A stretch of 64,000 bases of DNA from an uncultured virus (IMG/VR IMGVR_UViG_3300030117_006168) (taxonomy: Duplodnaviria; Heunggongvirae; Uroviricota; Caudoviricetes), in the IMG/VR virus record IMGVR_UViG_3300030117_006168, one strand, 5' to 3'. Positions 26,292 to 37,086 of this stretch are shown here, one piece after another. Numbering within the stretch: position 1 is the first letter of the stretch; every line of letters begins with the position of its first letter. The notes beneath the pieces were generated by a model that saw nothing but the letters and a program-made list of their open reading frames with translations, did no database searches and was not told the DNA's origin. The position numbers were made by a program, and so were the translations under genes.

Positions 26292-29200
26292 ATGACTACA
26301 ACAAATTTTAATGTAACACCCTACTATGATGATTTTGATGAGGATAAAAATTTTTATAGAATCCTTTTTCAACCTGGTAGGGCAGTTCAAGCTCGTGAAT
26401 TAACACAATCACAAACCATACTTCAAGATCAAGTTAAAAAATTTGGTGAATTTGTATTTAAAGATGGCTCTAGAGTTACGGGTGCAGAAATATTCTCTGT
26501 TCCAGAATTTGGTGGAAAAGTAGAAAACATTGAAAATAGTCAAAAACCTACAGCACGCTCTGTTAAATTAGAATCTACTTTTGAAAGTTCAACAATTAAT
26601 GTTTCTAGCTTTGTAAATAAGTATATTACAGCAAATACAGCTAATGTTCAACTTGCAAATGTTAAAAATATTTACTTTGTTCATCATGCAGATCCAGCTA
26701 TAGGCACAGATCCAGATACCTTATATGTTTCATACATAAGAACAACTAATGTAACCCTAAGTGGAGCAACTTCAAATTCCACTATGGAATTACAAAATGC
26801 AAATACTACAATTCAAAATTCAGCTAATTTGCAAGTATTTTCAACATCTGATGTAGCACCAGCAAATTTAATTGCAACAGTTACAACTCAAATTGCAGCG
26901 GATGGAAGTGGCATTTATCCTGAAGCCCCTGCTAAATTATTAGGTGTTGATGAAGGTGTATTCTTTACAAGTGGAATTTTTGCAAAAAGTCAAAAACAAA
27001 TTATAGCAATTGACAAATATGGTTCAAATGCAAATGTAAGTGTGGGTTTTGATGTTGTAGAAAATACAATATCATCAACTTCTGATACATTATTATTAGA
27101 TCCTGCTTTAGATTCATCAAATTATCTAGCACCGGGTGGTGATAGACTTAAAATTTCACTTACATTAACTAAAAAAGATTTAGATTCTAATAATTCATTA
27201 CCTAGTTTACAAACAAACAAATATATTGAATTAGTTAGATATAGAAATGGACAATTAATAAAAGATACTTCAGGTATAAAATATGCTGATTTAGGTAGAA
27301 CACTTGCAAGAAGAACTTTTGATGAATCAGGCGATTATATCGTAGATGGCTTAGAACCTAGATTAACACCAGTTGGCAATTCAACAAATTTCTTTTTGAA
27401 TATATCAAAAGGTAAAGCATATGTAAAAGGTTATGAAATAGACAAAACAAATGACATTACGAAATTAGCTATTAAAAGGGCTCAAGATCAAGAGTCAGTT
27501 ACAGGGTATGATCTACCTACTGCTTATGGTAATTTTTTACATATACACCAGTCAAACAATGCCATATTTAATTCAAATACTTCAGAGAGAATTTTATTAC
27601 ATTCATCAAATACTGTTACAAATACTCTCACACAAATCGGTGAGGCATATGTAAAAAATATAGAATATGTAAGTGGTGATGGTTTTGATGCTGTTCATAA
27701 GTTACATTTATTTGGTGTTAAGAGAACGAGTGCAAATAGTTTACCACTATCAATGACAAAATCAATAGTAGGTACTGGACTAGGTCAAGCTAATGCAAAT
27801 GTCGAATTATCTTCTATAACAACTATAGAAACATCAGGCACAATAGTTAATGACAATTCTAATCATATCATTGTTGCTGACTCATCACAAATCAGAATTG
27901 GTGATGAGGTCTTTGGTCATAATCTTTCTTCTTTTACTGGAATAACAGGAGAGGGTGAGAGAAGAGTTCATGTTACAGCGATTAATGGGTCTAACATTAC
28001 ATTATCTGCTCCAAACAATGGGTCGTCTAGAAAACCTTATAGTAAGGAAATTGCAAACACTTATACATTTCAAAGAGCTTCTATTCAAGATACAAATGAT
28101 ACTCTATCTGTTTTCCCAGCGGCTTACTCTACTGTAGCTTCAGTAAATCAAATTGATTATGATACAAGAAGAATATTTAAGACTGTTACATTTACTGATG
28201 GTGTTGCTTCAATTGTTACAGATGATGGTTCAGAGAGATTTAAGGCAGCTGGCACAGCGGCTTTGAAAAAAGAACTTTATGCAATCATGATTCGCACAGG
28301 GTCAACCCCATCTTATTCAGCTAATCATGCTGTAAATATGGCGAACTCAGATGTATCAATTTCAACTCCGACACCAAGCGAGGGTGCTCAGGCTACAGCG
28401 ACAATAGACTTAGGTGATGATGCTTTTGATGGAACGGCAGATATACTTGCAACACTTGATGTAACAGATGCAGGTAGAAGAACAAAAACTTCAAATAGTC
28501 ATTTCAAATTATTTACAGCACTTACAAATAATTCGACAACATTACATTCATTAGGTATTACTGATGTTACAAATGTTACTGGTATATTCATTGCTAGTGG
28601 GTCAGATGCACCTAATACTACAAATGTAAATGTATTATCTTCATTTGTTATTGATACTGGCCAGAGAGATGGTTTTTACGATCACGCTACCATAAAGAAA
28701 AAGGCTAGTGCTATAGGTGTCGTAAATACTGGTAAAGTTAATGTAACTTATACAAGATTTGCACATACTGGTCTAGGCCACTTTGATGCAAATTCATACC
28801 CAACTTATGAAGAGATACCTCAGTATATTGATAATAAGGGTAATAAAACAGAATTAAGAGATTCAATAGATTTCAGACCACTTAGACAAGATGATGAGTC
28901 ATCAAATGTTTATAGTAATTCATCAATGACATTTACAAGAAATCAAATTGTTGATAGAAGAGTTGGATCAGCTGATGTTGATTTAAGTTATTATTTAAGT
29001 AGAATTGATAAAGTTGTTTTAGGATTTGATGGTGAGTTTAGAGTTATCGAGGGTGATAGTGCCTTGAATAATCCAGCCACACCACTAGATGACCCTGATT
29101 CTATGACATTATATAAATTAACATTCCCGCCTTACACCTTTCAAACAAGTAATGTAGATATTGATATTGTAAAAAATAGAAGATATACAATGAAAGATAT

Positions 29201-31817
29201 TGGTGGTATTGATGATCGTCTATCAAGAGTAGAATACTATACCGCTCTAAATTTATTAGAGTCAGAAGTAGTTGGTTCTACATACTTTAGTAATAGTAAT
29301 ATAGAACTTATAAACAATGGATTTTTAGTTGATGACTTCAAGGGGCATAGTATAGGTGATGTTCTAAATGATGATTATAAGTGTTCTATTGATTACGATA
29401 ATCAGATATTACATCCAAGATTTAAGGCGAATGGTACAAATACATCTATACAAAGTGGATCTTTGACAAATACAGGTAATGTTCTTACATTACCATTTAC
29501 AACACAAGTTTATACCGCTCAAAATGTTGCATCAACTTCTGTTAATATAAACCCATTTAATGTTATTTCATTCGTAGGTTATGTTAAGCTTGACACAGAT
29601 GTCACTAATTATGCTGACTTTGATTCAAGACCTATTGTAGTAAGTAATCGTGATGGTAATTCTGATAATTATGAATTTGGGGAAAATTTCCAAGGCTCAG
29701 TATGGAGTGAATGGGATCTTTTATCATTCAATAATGATACTACAAGAAAATATACATATTACGATAAAAATGGTGCAAAAGTTTCTACAACAACTTCAGC
29801 TGAAGAAGCATCAAGTCAATCAACAAAAACAGAGTCAGATAGAATTTTCTACTATATGTCAGCTGAGAATATTGACTTTGAGATATTTGGTTACAGGCCA
29901 AATACAGAAGTTCATGCTTTCTTAGATGGTCAAAATGTATCAGATAGATTAAGATCATTTAACTCAACAACAAATGCCTTTGAAACAGCTCCTTCAAAAT
30001 GTTTAATTATTTCTGATGATAACGGTTTTGCAAAAGGTAGATTGGTTATACCAAACAATGAGAGCACTAATCGACAATTTGCAGCTGGTGAACATCAAAT
30101 ATTTTTCTCCGATTCCATTGCATCACCTAATGTTTTCTCAACATTTGCAGAAACTAGATATTATTCTGGCACACCAAAATCAAGAGTAATAGCACCGGTG
30201 GTGGAAACAAGACAAGATGCGCCAAGAGAACCTACACCTGTTGCAACAGACTGTTACTTTTATCATCCTGATCAGGCAAAAGAACCAAATTGTCAACAAT
30301 TGGCAGATTTTAGAGCAGAACTACCTGAAAATGGTGGTTCTGGTGATTACGATATTTCTAATGCAACCTTTGATTATGCTGAACCAATCATTAGACAGGC
30401 TTATTTGGATATTTTAGGTCGTAAACCAGATAAAGGTGGAATTATCTTCTATCTGGAAAGAGTACAGAGTGGTGAGTTAGACGCTTTCACACCAGGAACT
30501 CTTAAACAAAATATAGAAGCAATATTTAGGGATTCGGCCGAATTTAAGGAAAAAAATGAGTGCCCACTAGGTCAAGATCCACTTGCACAAACTTTCTTTA
30601 TAAATGAATTTACAAATCCAAAAGGTATATTCATAACTTCAGTTGATGTATTCTTTGCATCAAAAGACTCAACTTTACCTGTTCATTTTGAGATAAGAAA
30701 AGTTTATAATGGTTACCCATCTGAAACTGTGATCGCTAAATCAAGAGTTACTAAAAATCCTGATGATATAATTTTACCAAGTGACCCTAATGTTCCAGAA
30801 CCAACAAGATTTACCTTTGATGCACCATTATTTTTAGAGCCAGATCAATACTCAATGGTTCTTCTAACAAGTTCATTTGAGTATAATGTTTATATTGCAA
30901 CAGTTGGTCAAAATAGATTAGATACTGGACAATCAATTGTTGGTCAACCATATTTGGGCTCTTTGTTTAAATCGCAAAATGCTTCAACATGGACCGCAGC
31001 TCAAGAATCTGATTTGTGTTTTGTAATTCACCAAGCACAATTTAATACAACTGGAGATATTAGTTCTATTATACAACCTGTAAAAAATGCTCCATTACCA
31101 GATCAGGCTTTTGATTTGTTGAGAATTAATGCACCATTCCAGACTTTCTCTGATAAGACGAGTATGTCATTTAAATTAGGTCTATTAACAGAGGGACAGT
31201 CTAATATGGATGCAGGTATAACAACATTACCTAACTCCGATACTTACTTAGAAAATAGAAAAGAATTTAAGAAAAACGCAGATGCAAATTTAGAAATTAC
31301 AATGTCAACTACAAATGCTGATGTTTCACCAGTTTTTGAACAAGATAGATGTAGATTTGTTTTTGTAGAACACTTAATTAACTCAAGTGCTAATACAGAA
31401 GTTGTAGCAAGACCTGAAACAGGTGCCTCTGATGGTGGTGCTTCATCTAAATATATCACCAGAAAAGTTACTCTAGGGGAAGGTTTTAATGCAACAGCTT
31501 TAAGAGTGATATTAGCTAAAAACTTACCTGAGGGTTCTTCAATAAGTGTGTTCTATAAAGTACAATCTGATTTAGATGAAACTACCGCTTTTGAAGATTT
31601 ACCTTATGTTGAAATGAATAAGATAACACAAACACCTGTAAATCAAAATATAAATGAATATTACGATTGCGAGTTTAAGGCAGAAGATATTACATATTCT
31701 TCAGCTGGCATAAGCTTTGATTCATTCAGGTCTTTTGCAATAAAAATCGTACTCTTCTCTACAAATACAGCGAAAGCTCCTACGGCTAAAAACCTTAGAG
31801 TTATTGCATTATCATGA
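26292..31817 (+). CDS. VrlC-like (DUF4815-type) large virion structural protein
   Basis: PYYDDFDEDKNFYRILFQPGRAVQARELTQ, LARRTFDESGDY, GKAYVKGYEI, DPLAQTF, QPYLGSLFKSQN, ends LRVIALS. Confidence 0.9.
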   Translation: MTTTNFNVTPYYDDFDEDKNFYRILFQPGRAVQARELTQSQTILQDQVKKFGEFVFKDGSRVTGAEIFSVPEFGGKVENIENSQKPTARSVKLESTFESSTINVSSFVNKYITANTANVQLANVKNIYFVHHADPAIGTDPDTLYVSYIRTTNVTLSGATSNSTMELQNANTTIQNSANLQVFSTSDVAPANLIATVTTQIAADGSGIYPEAPAKLLGVDEGVFFTSGIFAKSQKQIIAIDKYGSNANVSVGFDVVENTISSTSDTLLLDPALDSSNYLAPGGDRLKISLTLTKKDLDSNNSLPSLQTNKYIELVRYRNGQLIKDTSGIKYADLGRTLARRTFDESGDYIVDGLEPRLTPVGNSTNFFLNISKGKAYVKGYEIDKTNDITKLAIKRAQDQESVTGYDLPTAYGNFLHIHQSNNAIFNSNTSERILLHSSNTVTNTLTQIGEAYVKNIEYVSGDGFDAVHKLHLFGVKRTSANSLPLSMTKSIVGTGLGQANANVELSSITTIETSGTIVNDNSNHIIVADSSQIRIGDEVFGHNLSSFTGITGEGERRVHVTAINGSNITLSAPNNGSSRKPYSKEIANTYTFQRASIQDTNDTLSVFPAAYSTVASVNQIDYDTRRIFKTVTFTDGVASIVTDDGSERFKAAGTAALKKELYAIMIRTGSTPSYSANHAVNMANSDVSISTPTPSEGAQATATIDLGDDAFDGTADILATLDVTDAGRRTKTSNSHFKLFTALTNNSTTLHSLGITDVTNVTGIFIASGSDAPNTTNVNVLSSFVIDTGQRDGFYDHATIKKKASAIGVVNTGKVNVTYTRFAHTGLGHFDANSYPTYEEIPQYIDNKGNKTELRDSIDFRPLRQDDESSNVYSNSSMTFTRNQIVDRRVGSADVDLSYYLSRIDKVVLGFDGEFRVIEGDSALNNPATPLDDPDSMTLYKLTFPPYTFQTSNVDIDIVKNRRYTMKDIGGIDDRLSRVEYYTALNLLESEVVGSTYFSNSNIELINNGFLVDDFKGHSIGDVLNDDYKCSIDYDNQILHPRFKANGTNTSIQSGSLTNTGNVLTLPFTTQVYTAQNVASTSVNINPFNVISFVGYVKLDTDVTNYADFDSRPIVVSNRDGNSDNYEFGENFQGSVWSEWDLLSFNNDTTRKYTYYDKNGAKVSTTTSAEEASSQSTKTESDRIFYYMSAENIDFEIFGYRPNTEVHAFLDGQNVSDRLRSFNSTTNAFETAPSKCLIISDDNGFAKGRLVIPNNESTNRQFAAGEHQIFFSDSIASPNVFSTFAETRYYSGTPKSRVIAPVVETRQDAPREPTPVATDCYFYHPDQAKEPNCQQLADFRAELPENGGSGDYDISNATFDYAEPIIRQAYLDILGRKPDKGGIIFYLERVQSGELDAFTPGTLKQNIEAIFRDSAEFKEKNECPLGQDPLAQTFFINEFTNPKGIFITSVDVFFASKDSTLPVHFEIRKVYNGYPSETVIAKSRVTKNPDDIILPSDPNVPEPTRFTFDAPLFLEPDQYSMVLLTSSFEYNVYIATVGQNRLDTGQSIVGQPYLGSLFKSQNASTWTAAQESDLCFVIHQAQFNTTGDISSIIQPVKNAPLPDQAFDLLRINAPFQTFSDKTSMSFKLGLLTEGQSNMDAGITTLPNSDTYLENRKEFKKNADANLEITMSTTNADVSPVFEQDRCRFVFVEHLINSSANTEVVARPETGASDGGASSKYITRKVTLGEGFNATALRVILAKNLPEGSSISVFYKVQSDLDETTAFEDLPYVEMNKITQTPVNQNINEYYDCEFKAEDITYSSAGISFDSFRSFAIKIVLFSTNTAKAPTAKNLRVIALS

Positions 31818-32026
31818 CAATGTATAAAGTGAAAGATCACCCAACACTTTTAAGAGATTCTAGAAGTAAGGCTATCTTAAATACAGATTTGTTAAAGTTG
31901 AATAAAGTAAAAAAACAAAGAGAAACAACTATTACAATACAAACTTTAACTCAAGAGGTAAATGTAATTAAAAATGAGTTTCAAGAAATAAAAACACTTC
32001 TAAAACAAATAGTGGCAAAGAGATAA
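31814..32026 (+). CDS. small conserved coiled-coil virion-associated protein
   Basis: KVKDHPTLLRD...AILNTD...EIKTLLKQI; typical follower of VrlC-like genes. Confidence 0.75.
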   Translation: MTMYKVKDHPTLLRDSRSKAILNTDLLKLNKVKKQRETTITIQTLTQEVNVIKNEFQEIKTLLKQIVAKR

Positions 32027-32029
32027 AAA

Positions 32030-32797
32030 ATGGCAATTATTAATAGAGTATCAACATCTAATACATTTCAACAGCACGTTGCTACAACAGATGAAACTGT
32101 AACCACCCTTAATGCTTTAACAGAAGGAACAGGTGGTACTTTCACTTTAAGTAGTGATATTAAAGTTGATGGTAGTTTAGATGTAACAGGTAATTTAAAC
32201 CTATCAGTAGGTGAATTTGATAACATTACAACAAATGGTAATGTTGTAATACAAGGTGGTGTTTCAGATGCTAATATAGGCTTAGATATTAATGGTCTCT
32301 ATCAATTTTCAGCTAATACATCAGGCGCTGTAGCCTCAAGATTTAGTGTACATAATTACGGATCCTCAGCTTACCTTTTCGATCAAGCACCAGGAAATAA
32401 TCCTGATCTTGATTTACAAGCTGGGCAAACATACGCTTTTGACTTACAAAAACTAAACGGTGTTCATCCATTTGTAATTCGCACAACAAATGCAACTGCT
32501 AATGTTGGTGATTATACAACTTATGTAAATGTGGGGATGACTCATGTTCAAACTGCATCAAATGGGTCACTTATAATTTCAAAATCTGGTAATGCTCAAC
32601 AAAAAAACAAAGGTATATTATACTGGAAAGTTCCAGCAAATACGGCTGGTGATGGTAAAACATATTTTTATCAATGCACCTCTCATGCTAGTAATATGGT
32701 AGGCAGAATATACATTGGTAATAGATCAAGAATAATCGAGGCAAAAGCTAATTCAATAACAGATGAAGCATTATCACTTGCGATTGCTTTAAGCTAA
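32030..32797 (+). CDS. tail fibre-associated protein with cupredoxin-like domain
   Basis: SNTFQQ N-term; L-x-AGQTYAF...HPF...YFYQCTSHASNMVG; ends ALSLAIALS. Confidence 0.7.
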   Translation: MAIINRVSTSNTFQQHVATTDETVTTLNALTEGTGGTFTLSSDIKVDGSLDVTGNLNLSVGEFDNITTNGNVVIQGGVSDANIGLDINGLYQFSANTSGAVASRFSVHNYGSSAYLFDQAPGNNPDLDLQAGQTYAFDLQKLNGVHPFVIRTTNATANVGDYTTYVNVGMTHVQTASNGSLIISKSGNAQQKNKGILYWKVPANTAGDGKTYFYQCTSHASNMVGRIYIGNRSRIIEAKANSITDEALSLAIALS

Positions 32798-32828
32798 ATA
32801 AGGGTAATAAATAAGGAAAAAATGAAAA

Positions 32829-33146
32829 ATGGCAAATACTTTTAAAAATTATCCAGCATCAAACGTATCGTCAAATACGGTTGTCTACACTACGCCGGCG
32901 GCCACCCAAGCTACCCTTATTGGTATGACAATTGCAAACAAAACGGCGAGTTCAGTTCTTGCTAATGTTCATTTGAACATTTCAGGAGTTCAATATCATA
33001 TGATTCAAGATGCGACAATACCAACAGGCGGTGCTTTAGTTCCCATAGGAAATGACCAAAAGGTCGTAATGGAAGCTACTGACACATTATCTGTGCATTG
33101 TTCTGGTAATTGTGATGTAATTTTATCAGCTTTGGAGATAACATAA
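32829..33146 (+). CDS. small beta-rich fibre adaptor, paralog 1
   Basis: MANTFKN...VYTTPA...IANKT...KVVMEATD...SALEIT. Confidence 0.75.
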   Translation: MANTFKNYPASNVSSNTVVYTTPAATQATLIGMTIANKTASSVLANVHLNISGVQYHMIQDATIPTGGALVPIGNDQKVVMEATDTLSVHCSGNCDVILSALEIT

Positions 33147-33147
33147 T

Positions 33148-33717
33148 ATGGGTTCATACATTGGTCGCTCACCTGATAACGAACTATTCCAGAAAAGTGT
33201 AGTTAGATATGATGGTGATGGGTCTACAAAAGATTTTGGATTAGGTCAAGCAGTTAATGATGGTTTCGATTTAGATGTATGGGTTGCTAACGTACATCAA
33301 ACATTTGGTGCAAATCAATCATATGTTGTAACACCAGCAAACAGCACAATTAATTTTATAGAAGCACCCCCAGCTGGACAAACAAATATAGTTATTGTAA
33401 ACAGAGAAAAACAAAGATTTGCAACAATAACTCCTGATGATTTTTCAGTTACCACAAATAAAGTTGACACAGGTGCAATTACAGATGATAAATTATCTAC
33501 AACAGGTGTAACAGCTGGTAAATATGGTTTTATATCGTCCACTTCTGCTAATTTAGTTCTTCAAACAATTGAAGTGAGTAGTAAAGGTCGAGTAAGTAAC
33601 GTATCAAATTTAAGAGTGCAAGATTTAGATTTTTCAGGTCTACCTACTGGAGGTGGTGGAGTAGTTGTTGGCCGATTATATAAAGAATCTAATAATTTAA
33701 TTTTTATTAAAACATAG
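33148..33717 (+). CDS. short fibre/stub protein
   Basis: SYIGRSP, DGDGSTKDF, GVTAGKYG...V-x-x-KGRV motifs shared with 34183 and 37501. Confidence 0.7.
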   Translation: MGSYIGRSPDNELFQKSVVRYDGDGSTKDFGLGQAVNDGFDLDVWVANVHQTFGANQSYVVTPANSTINFIEAPPAGQTNIVIVNREKQRFATITPDDFSVTTNKVDTGAITDDKLSTTGVTAGKYGFISSTSANLVLQTIEVSSKGRVSNVSNLRVQDLDFSGLPTGGGGVVVGRLYKESNNLIFIKT

Positions 33718-33728
33718 GAGAAGTAAAG

Positions 33729-34172
33729 ATGTCACATTTTGCAGAGGTGAATCCAGATACAAACACGGTTGTTCGTGTTATAGTAGCTGAACAAGATTTT
33801 ATAAATTCTGGCGCTGTTGGACCTGCTAACAGATGGATACAAACATCATATAATACATTACAAAACGTGCATTACGCCGAAGCAGCTAATGGTGAATATT
33901 TACCAGATGGCGGTACACCATTAAGGGGTAATTATGCTGGCATAGGTTATGAATATCATGCTGATGTGAACGGCACAGGCAAAGATGCTTTTGTGGCACC
34001 AAGATCAAATAATCAATGGGACAGTTGGAAAATTAGTAATACTAAATTTCAATGGGAAGCACCTTATGAAATGCCTACTGATGCTAACGTAGCAAATTCA
34101 GAATCTTACCAGTGGAATGAAAATGCTTATCAAGCAAATAATCAAACTGGTTGGATTAAGGTATACGGATAA
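33729..34172 (+). CDS. conserved fibre-associated phage protein
   Basis: MSHFAEV...VVRVIVA...WIQTSYN...RGNYAGIGY...DAFVAP, a family I recognise next to Gly-rich fibre genes. Confidence 0.75.
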   Translation: MSHFAEVNPDTNTVVRVIVAEQDFINSGAVGPANRWIQTSYNTLQNVHYAEAANGEYLPDGGTPLRGNYAGIGYEYHADVNGTGKDAFVAPRSNNQWDSWKISNTKFQWEAPYEMPTDANVANSESYQWNENAYQANNQTGWIKVYG

Positions 34173-34182
34173 AGGATAAAAA

Positions 34183-34701
34183 TTGGCTTACATAGGTAAC
34201 GAACCAAGAACTGCAAATTTTATTGTTGACTCATTTGATGGCGATGGGTCAGAGGATGATTTTGTTTTAACGGTAGCACCAGCGAGTAAATCATCTTTAC
34301 TTGTATTTGTTGCAGGCGTTAGACAGAACGTAGCCGCCTATTCATTAAGTGGAACAACTTTAACATTTAATGCTGGATTTATACCAGCATCTGGAACAAA
34401 AAATATTGAAGTAGTGCATATTGCTCAAGGCGCTGAAAGTTCAATTGTTGAAGTTGCAGATGGCACAATAACAGCTGCTAAATTAGCTACAGATGCTGTT
34501 ACTGATTCAGCTATTCTTGCAAATACAGTTTCTAGAAATAAAATAGCAAATACAGGTGTTACGGCAGGAAGTTATGGGTCAGCAAGTCAAATACCTACTC
34601 TTAAAGTAGATGCTTCAGGTCAATTAACATTGGCTTCAAATGTAACAGTAGACATACCAGAAGCTGGAATTAATGGATTATTTTTCACAGGTACAAATTA
34701 G
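34183..34701 (+). CDS. short fibre/stub protein (TTG start)
   Basis: AAGGA SD, MAYIGNEP, FDGDGS, GVTAGSYGSASQIP...VDASGQLT, ends GINGLFFTGTN. Confidence 0.75.
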   Translation: MAYIGNEPRTANFIVDSFDGDGSEDDFVLTVAPASKSSLLVFVAGVRQNVAAYSLSGTTLTFNAGFIPASGTKNIEVVHIAQGAESSIVEVADGTITAAKLATDAVTDSAILANTVSRNKIANTGVTAGSYGSASQIPTLKVDASGQLTLASNVTVDIPEAGINGLFFTGTN

Positions 34702-34711
34702 GAAATAAAAA

Positions 34712-35041
34712 ATGGCAACCAATTATAAAGTATTAGGACAATTAAAACCAGGTGCAAATACTCTTGCAGACTTATATACGGTACCAAGTTCAACTGAGTG
34801 TGTGGTATCTACAATAGCAGTTTGTAATCAAACAGCTACAAACGCATCATATTCAATAGCAATAGCGCCAGATGGTGCAACAGCTAATGATGCACATTTC
34901 ATTATAAGAGGTGGTGCTGTGCCACAAGCTGATTCAATAGGGGTTACTTTAGGTATAGCCATGAACGCTGCTGATAAAATAAGAGTAAACACTTCAACTT
35001 TAGGTGTATCATTTAGTGCATTTGGTTCTGAAATTTCTTAA
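34712..35041 (+). CDS. small beta-rich fibre adaptor, paralog 2
   Basis: MATNYKVLGQ...LYTVPS...VCNQ...SFSAFGSEIS. Confidence 0.75.
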   Translation: MATNYKVLGQLKPGANTLADLYTVPSSTECVVSTIAVCNQTATNASYSIAIAPDGATANDAHFIIRGGAVPQADSIGVTLGIAMNAADKIRVNTSTLGVSFSAFGSEIS

Positions 35042-35053
35042 TAGCCCAATATT

Positions 35054-36043
35054 ATGGCCGTATTCTCAATTTCAACTAAAAGAGTAGGCAGACCTGAAGG
35101 TTATCAATACCCAATAGGTTTATCCACAATCGCCACATCTATTAACGTGGCCACAAGTACGACTGGTGGTACTCAAACAGTAGATGGCACAAACGCCGTT
35201 CATACAATCACTTCATCAGGAAATTTTGTCACAAGCCCAGCTGCTAATTTTAACATAGAATATCTTGTTGTTGCTGGTGGTGGAGGAGGTGGCTGTTTTA
35301 CTGGCGGAGGCGGTGGCGCCGGAGGTTTAAGATTTGGGTCAGGTTTAGCCGTAACGGCAGGTAATACATATGTTGTCACAGTAGGTGCTGGAGGCGCAGC
35401 TAAAAGTGAAGCAGCCGGTGGAACTGCTGGTAATGATGGCGCAGATTCAAATATCGCACAAGGAATTGCAGCTACTTTAGCTACTGGTGGTGGAGGCGGT
35501 GGCACATTACAACCAAGTAGCCCATCACCAAACGCACATGGTAGAACGGGTGGTTCTGGAGGCGGAGGTGCTCACGCATCTAATCCTGGAGGAACAGGAA
35601 ATAACCCACCTGTAAGTCCATCACAAGGAAATAATGGTGGCACAGGAAGTCCAGGTCCAGTAGGAAGTGGAGGTGGTGGTGGCGGACACAACGCTGCTGG
35701 TAGTAATGCAGGCTCTACGGGTGGAAATGGCGGAGCTGGTTCTTCTTATTCAATTTCTGGTTCGTCAGTTGCTTATGCTGGTGGCGGAGGTGGAGGTGGC
35801 GATTCTGCTGGCGGTGGTCCTGCAGCTGGAGGATCTGGAGGTACCGGTGGTGGAGGAGCAGGTAGTAAAGATGCAGCTACAGCTACAAGTGGAACGGCGA
35901 ATCGTGGTGGTGGAGGCGGAGGATCAGGAGATGCAGGCGCTCAATCTGGCGCTGGCGGTTCAGGTGTCGTAATTATAAGGTATATTATGGCTCAAGATTC
36001 ACTAGAGTATGATATTCTTGGAGCACCAGGAGGGCCAGCTTAA
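35054..36043 (+). CDS. glycine-rich adhesin-like protein 1
   Basis: EYLVVAGGGGGG...VTVGAGG...YAGGGGGG...GGSGVVIIRY. Confidence 0.8.
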   Translation: MAVFSISTKRVGRPEGYQYPIGLSTIATSINVATSTTGGTQTVDGTNAVHTITSSGNFVTSPAANFNIEYLVVAGGGGGGCFTGGGGGAGGLRFGSGLAVTAGNTYVVTVGAGGAAKSEAAGGTAGNDGADSNIAQGIAATLATGGGGGGTLQPSSPSPNAHGRTGGSGGGGAHASNPGGTGNNPPVSPSQGNNGGTGSPGPVGSGGGGGGHNAAGSNAGSTGGNGGAGSSYSISGSSVAYAGGGGGGGDSAGGGPAAGGSGGTGGGGAGSKDAATATSGTANRGGGGGGSGDAGAQSGAGGSGVVIIRYIMAQDSLEYDILGAPGGPA

Positions 36044-37041
36044 TGAGAGGAACTATTTCCACTTTTACTTTTCGACCTGAAGGTTATGCTTATCCAATAG
36101 GGTTAACTAGCAAAACTATTTTAGGCACAGCAAATGCAGCTACAAACACAACTGGCGGCACACAAACAATAGATGGGACAAATGCTGTTCATGAATTTAC
36201 ATCCACTGCTAATTTTGTACCAAGTTTCGCTGTAACAGGAGAATTTTTAATAATTGCAGGTGGCGGAGGAGGTGGTGCAGGTGGTGCTGGTGGAGGTGCA
36301 GGTGGGTTTAGATATAGTTCAGGTCTTTCTTTAGTTAAAGATAAAGAATATAAATTTACAATTGGCGGTGGCGGAGCTGCTGGTACAGGTGGTTCTAGTG
36401 CATTTAATCCTGGAACAAAAGGTACTGATTCTTCTATTACATCACCATCACCTTTTTCAGATATAGTTTCAACAGGTGGTGGTTACGGAGGATCAAGAGC
36501 TAATGGAGGACCTGGAGGTTCTGGTGGCGGAGGCGGTGGTTTTCCTAATGGCACTTATTCAGGTGGGAGTGGAAATACTCCGCCTGTAAGTCCTTCACAA
36601 GGTAACAACGGCGGTATTGGTCACTCTGATAATGCAACATGGACAACGGGAGGTGGAGGCGGCGGTGCTGGCGCCGTTGGTGGTGAAGCGCCATCTCCAG
36701 GTAGTGCAGGTGGAGTTGGGGGAGCTGGTACAGCATTATCTATTTCAGGATCATCTGTGACTAGAGCAGGTGGCGGAGGTGGAAGTGGCACAACAGGAGG
36801 TAGTAGACCTGGAGGGGCTGGAGGATCTGGCGGTGGAGGTGCAGGTGCTGGAGGCGGCCCGACTGGAACTGCTGGAACTACAAACACTGGTGGAGGTGGC
36901 GGAGGTGGTTCAGATGGAGGTACAACAACAACAGGTGGTGCTGGTGGATCTGGAGTAGGATATGCAAGATATGTTTTCTCAGCATCTGCACCAGAGGTAG
37001 TTTATGATATAGGTGGTGCAACAGGTGGACCTGTGTCATAA
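36043..37041 (+). CDS. glycine-rich adhesin-like protein 2
   Basis: Same scaffold; shares GN-x-PPVSPSQGNNGG with protein 1. Confidence 0.8.
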   Translation: MRGTISTFTFRPEGYAYPIGLTSKTILGTANAATNTTGGTQTIDGTNAVHEFTSTANFVPSFAVTGEFLIIAGGGGGGAGGAGGGAGGFRYSSGLSLVKDKEYKFTIGGGGAAGTGGSSAFNPGTKGTDSSITSPSPFSDIVSTGGGYGGSRANGGPGGSGGGGGGFPNGTYSGGSGNTPPVSPSQGNNGGIGHSDNATWTTGGGGGGAGAVGGEAPSPGSAGGVGGAGTALSISGSSVTRAGGGGGSGTTGGSRPGGAGGSGGGGAGAGGGPTGTAGTTNTGGGGGGGSDGGTTTTGGAGGSGVGYARYVFSASAPEVVYDIGGATGGPVS

Positions 37042-37054
37042 ATACAAAAAGATT

Positions 37055-37062
37055 TATAAATA
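37055..37062 (+). promoter_or_regulatory. T4-type late promoter
   Basis: TATAAATA (plus CATAAATA at 37037-37044). Confidence 0.75.
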
Positions 37063-37086
37063 GAGAATTAAGGAGGATTATTTAAA

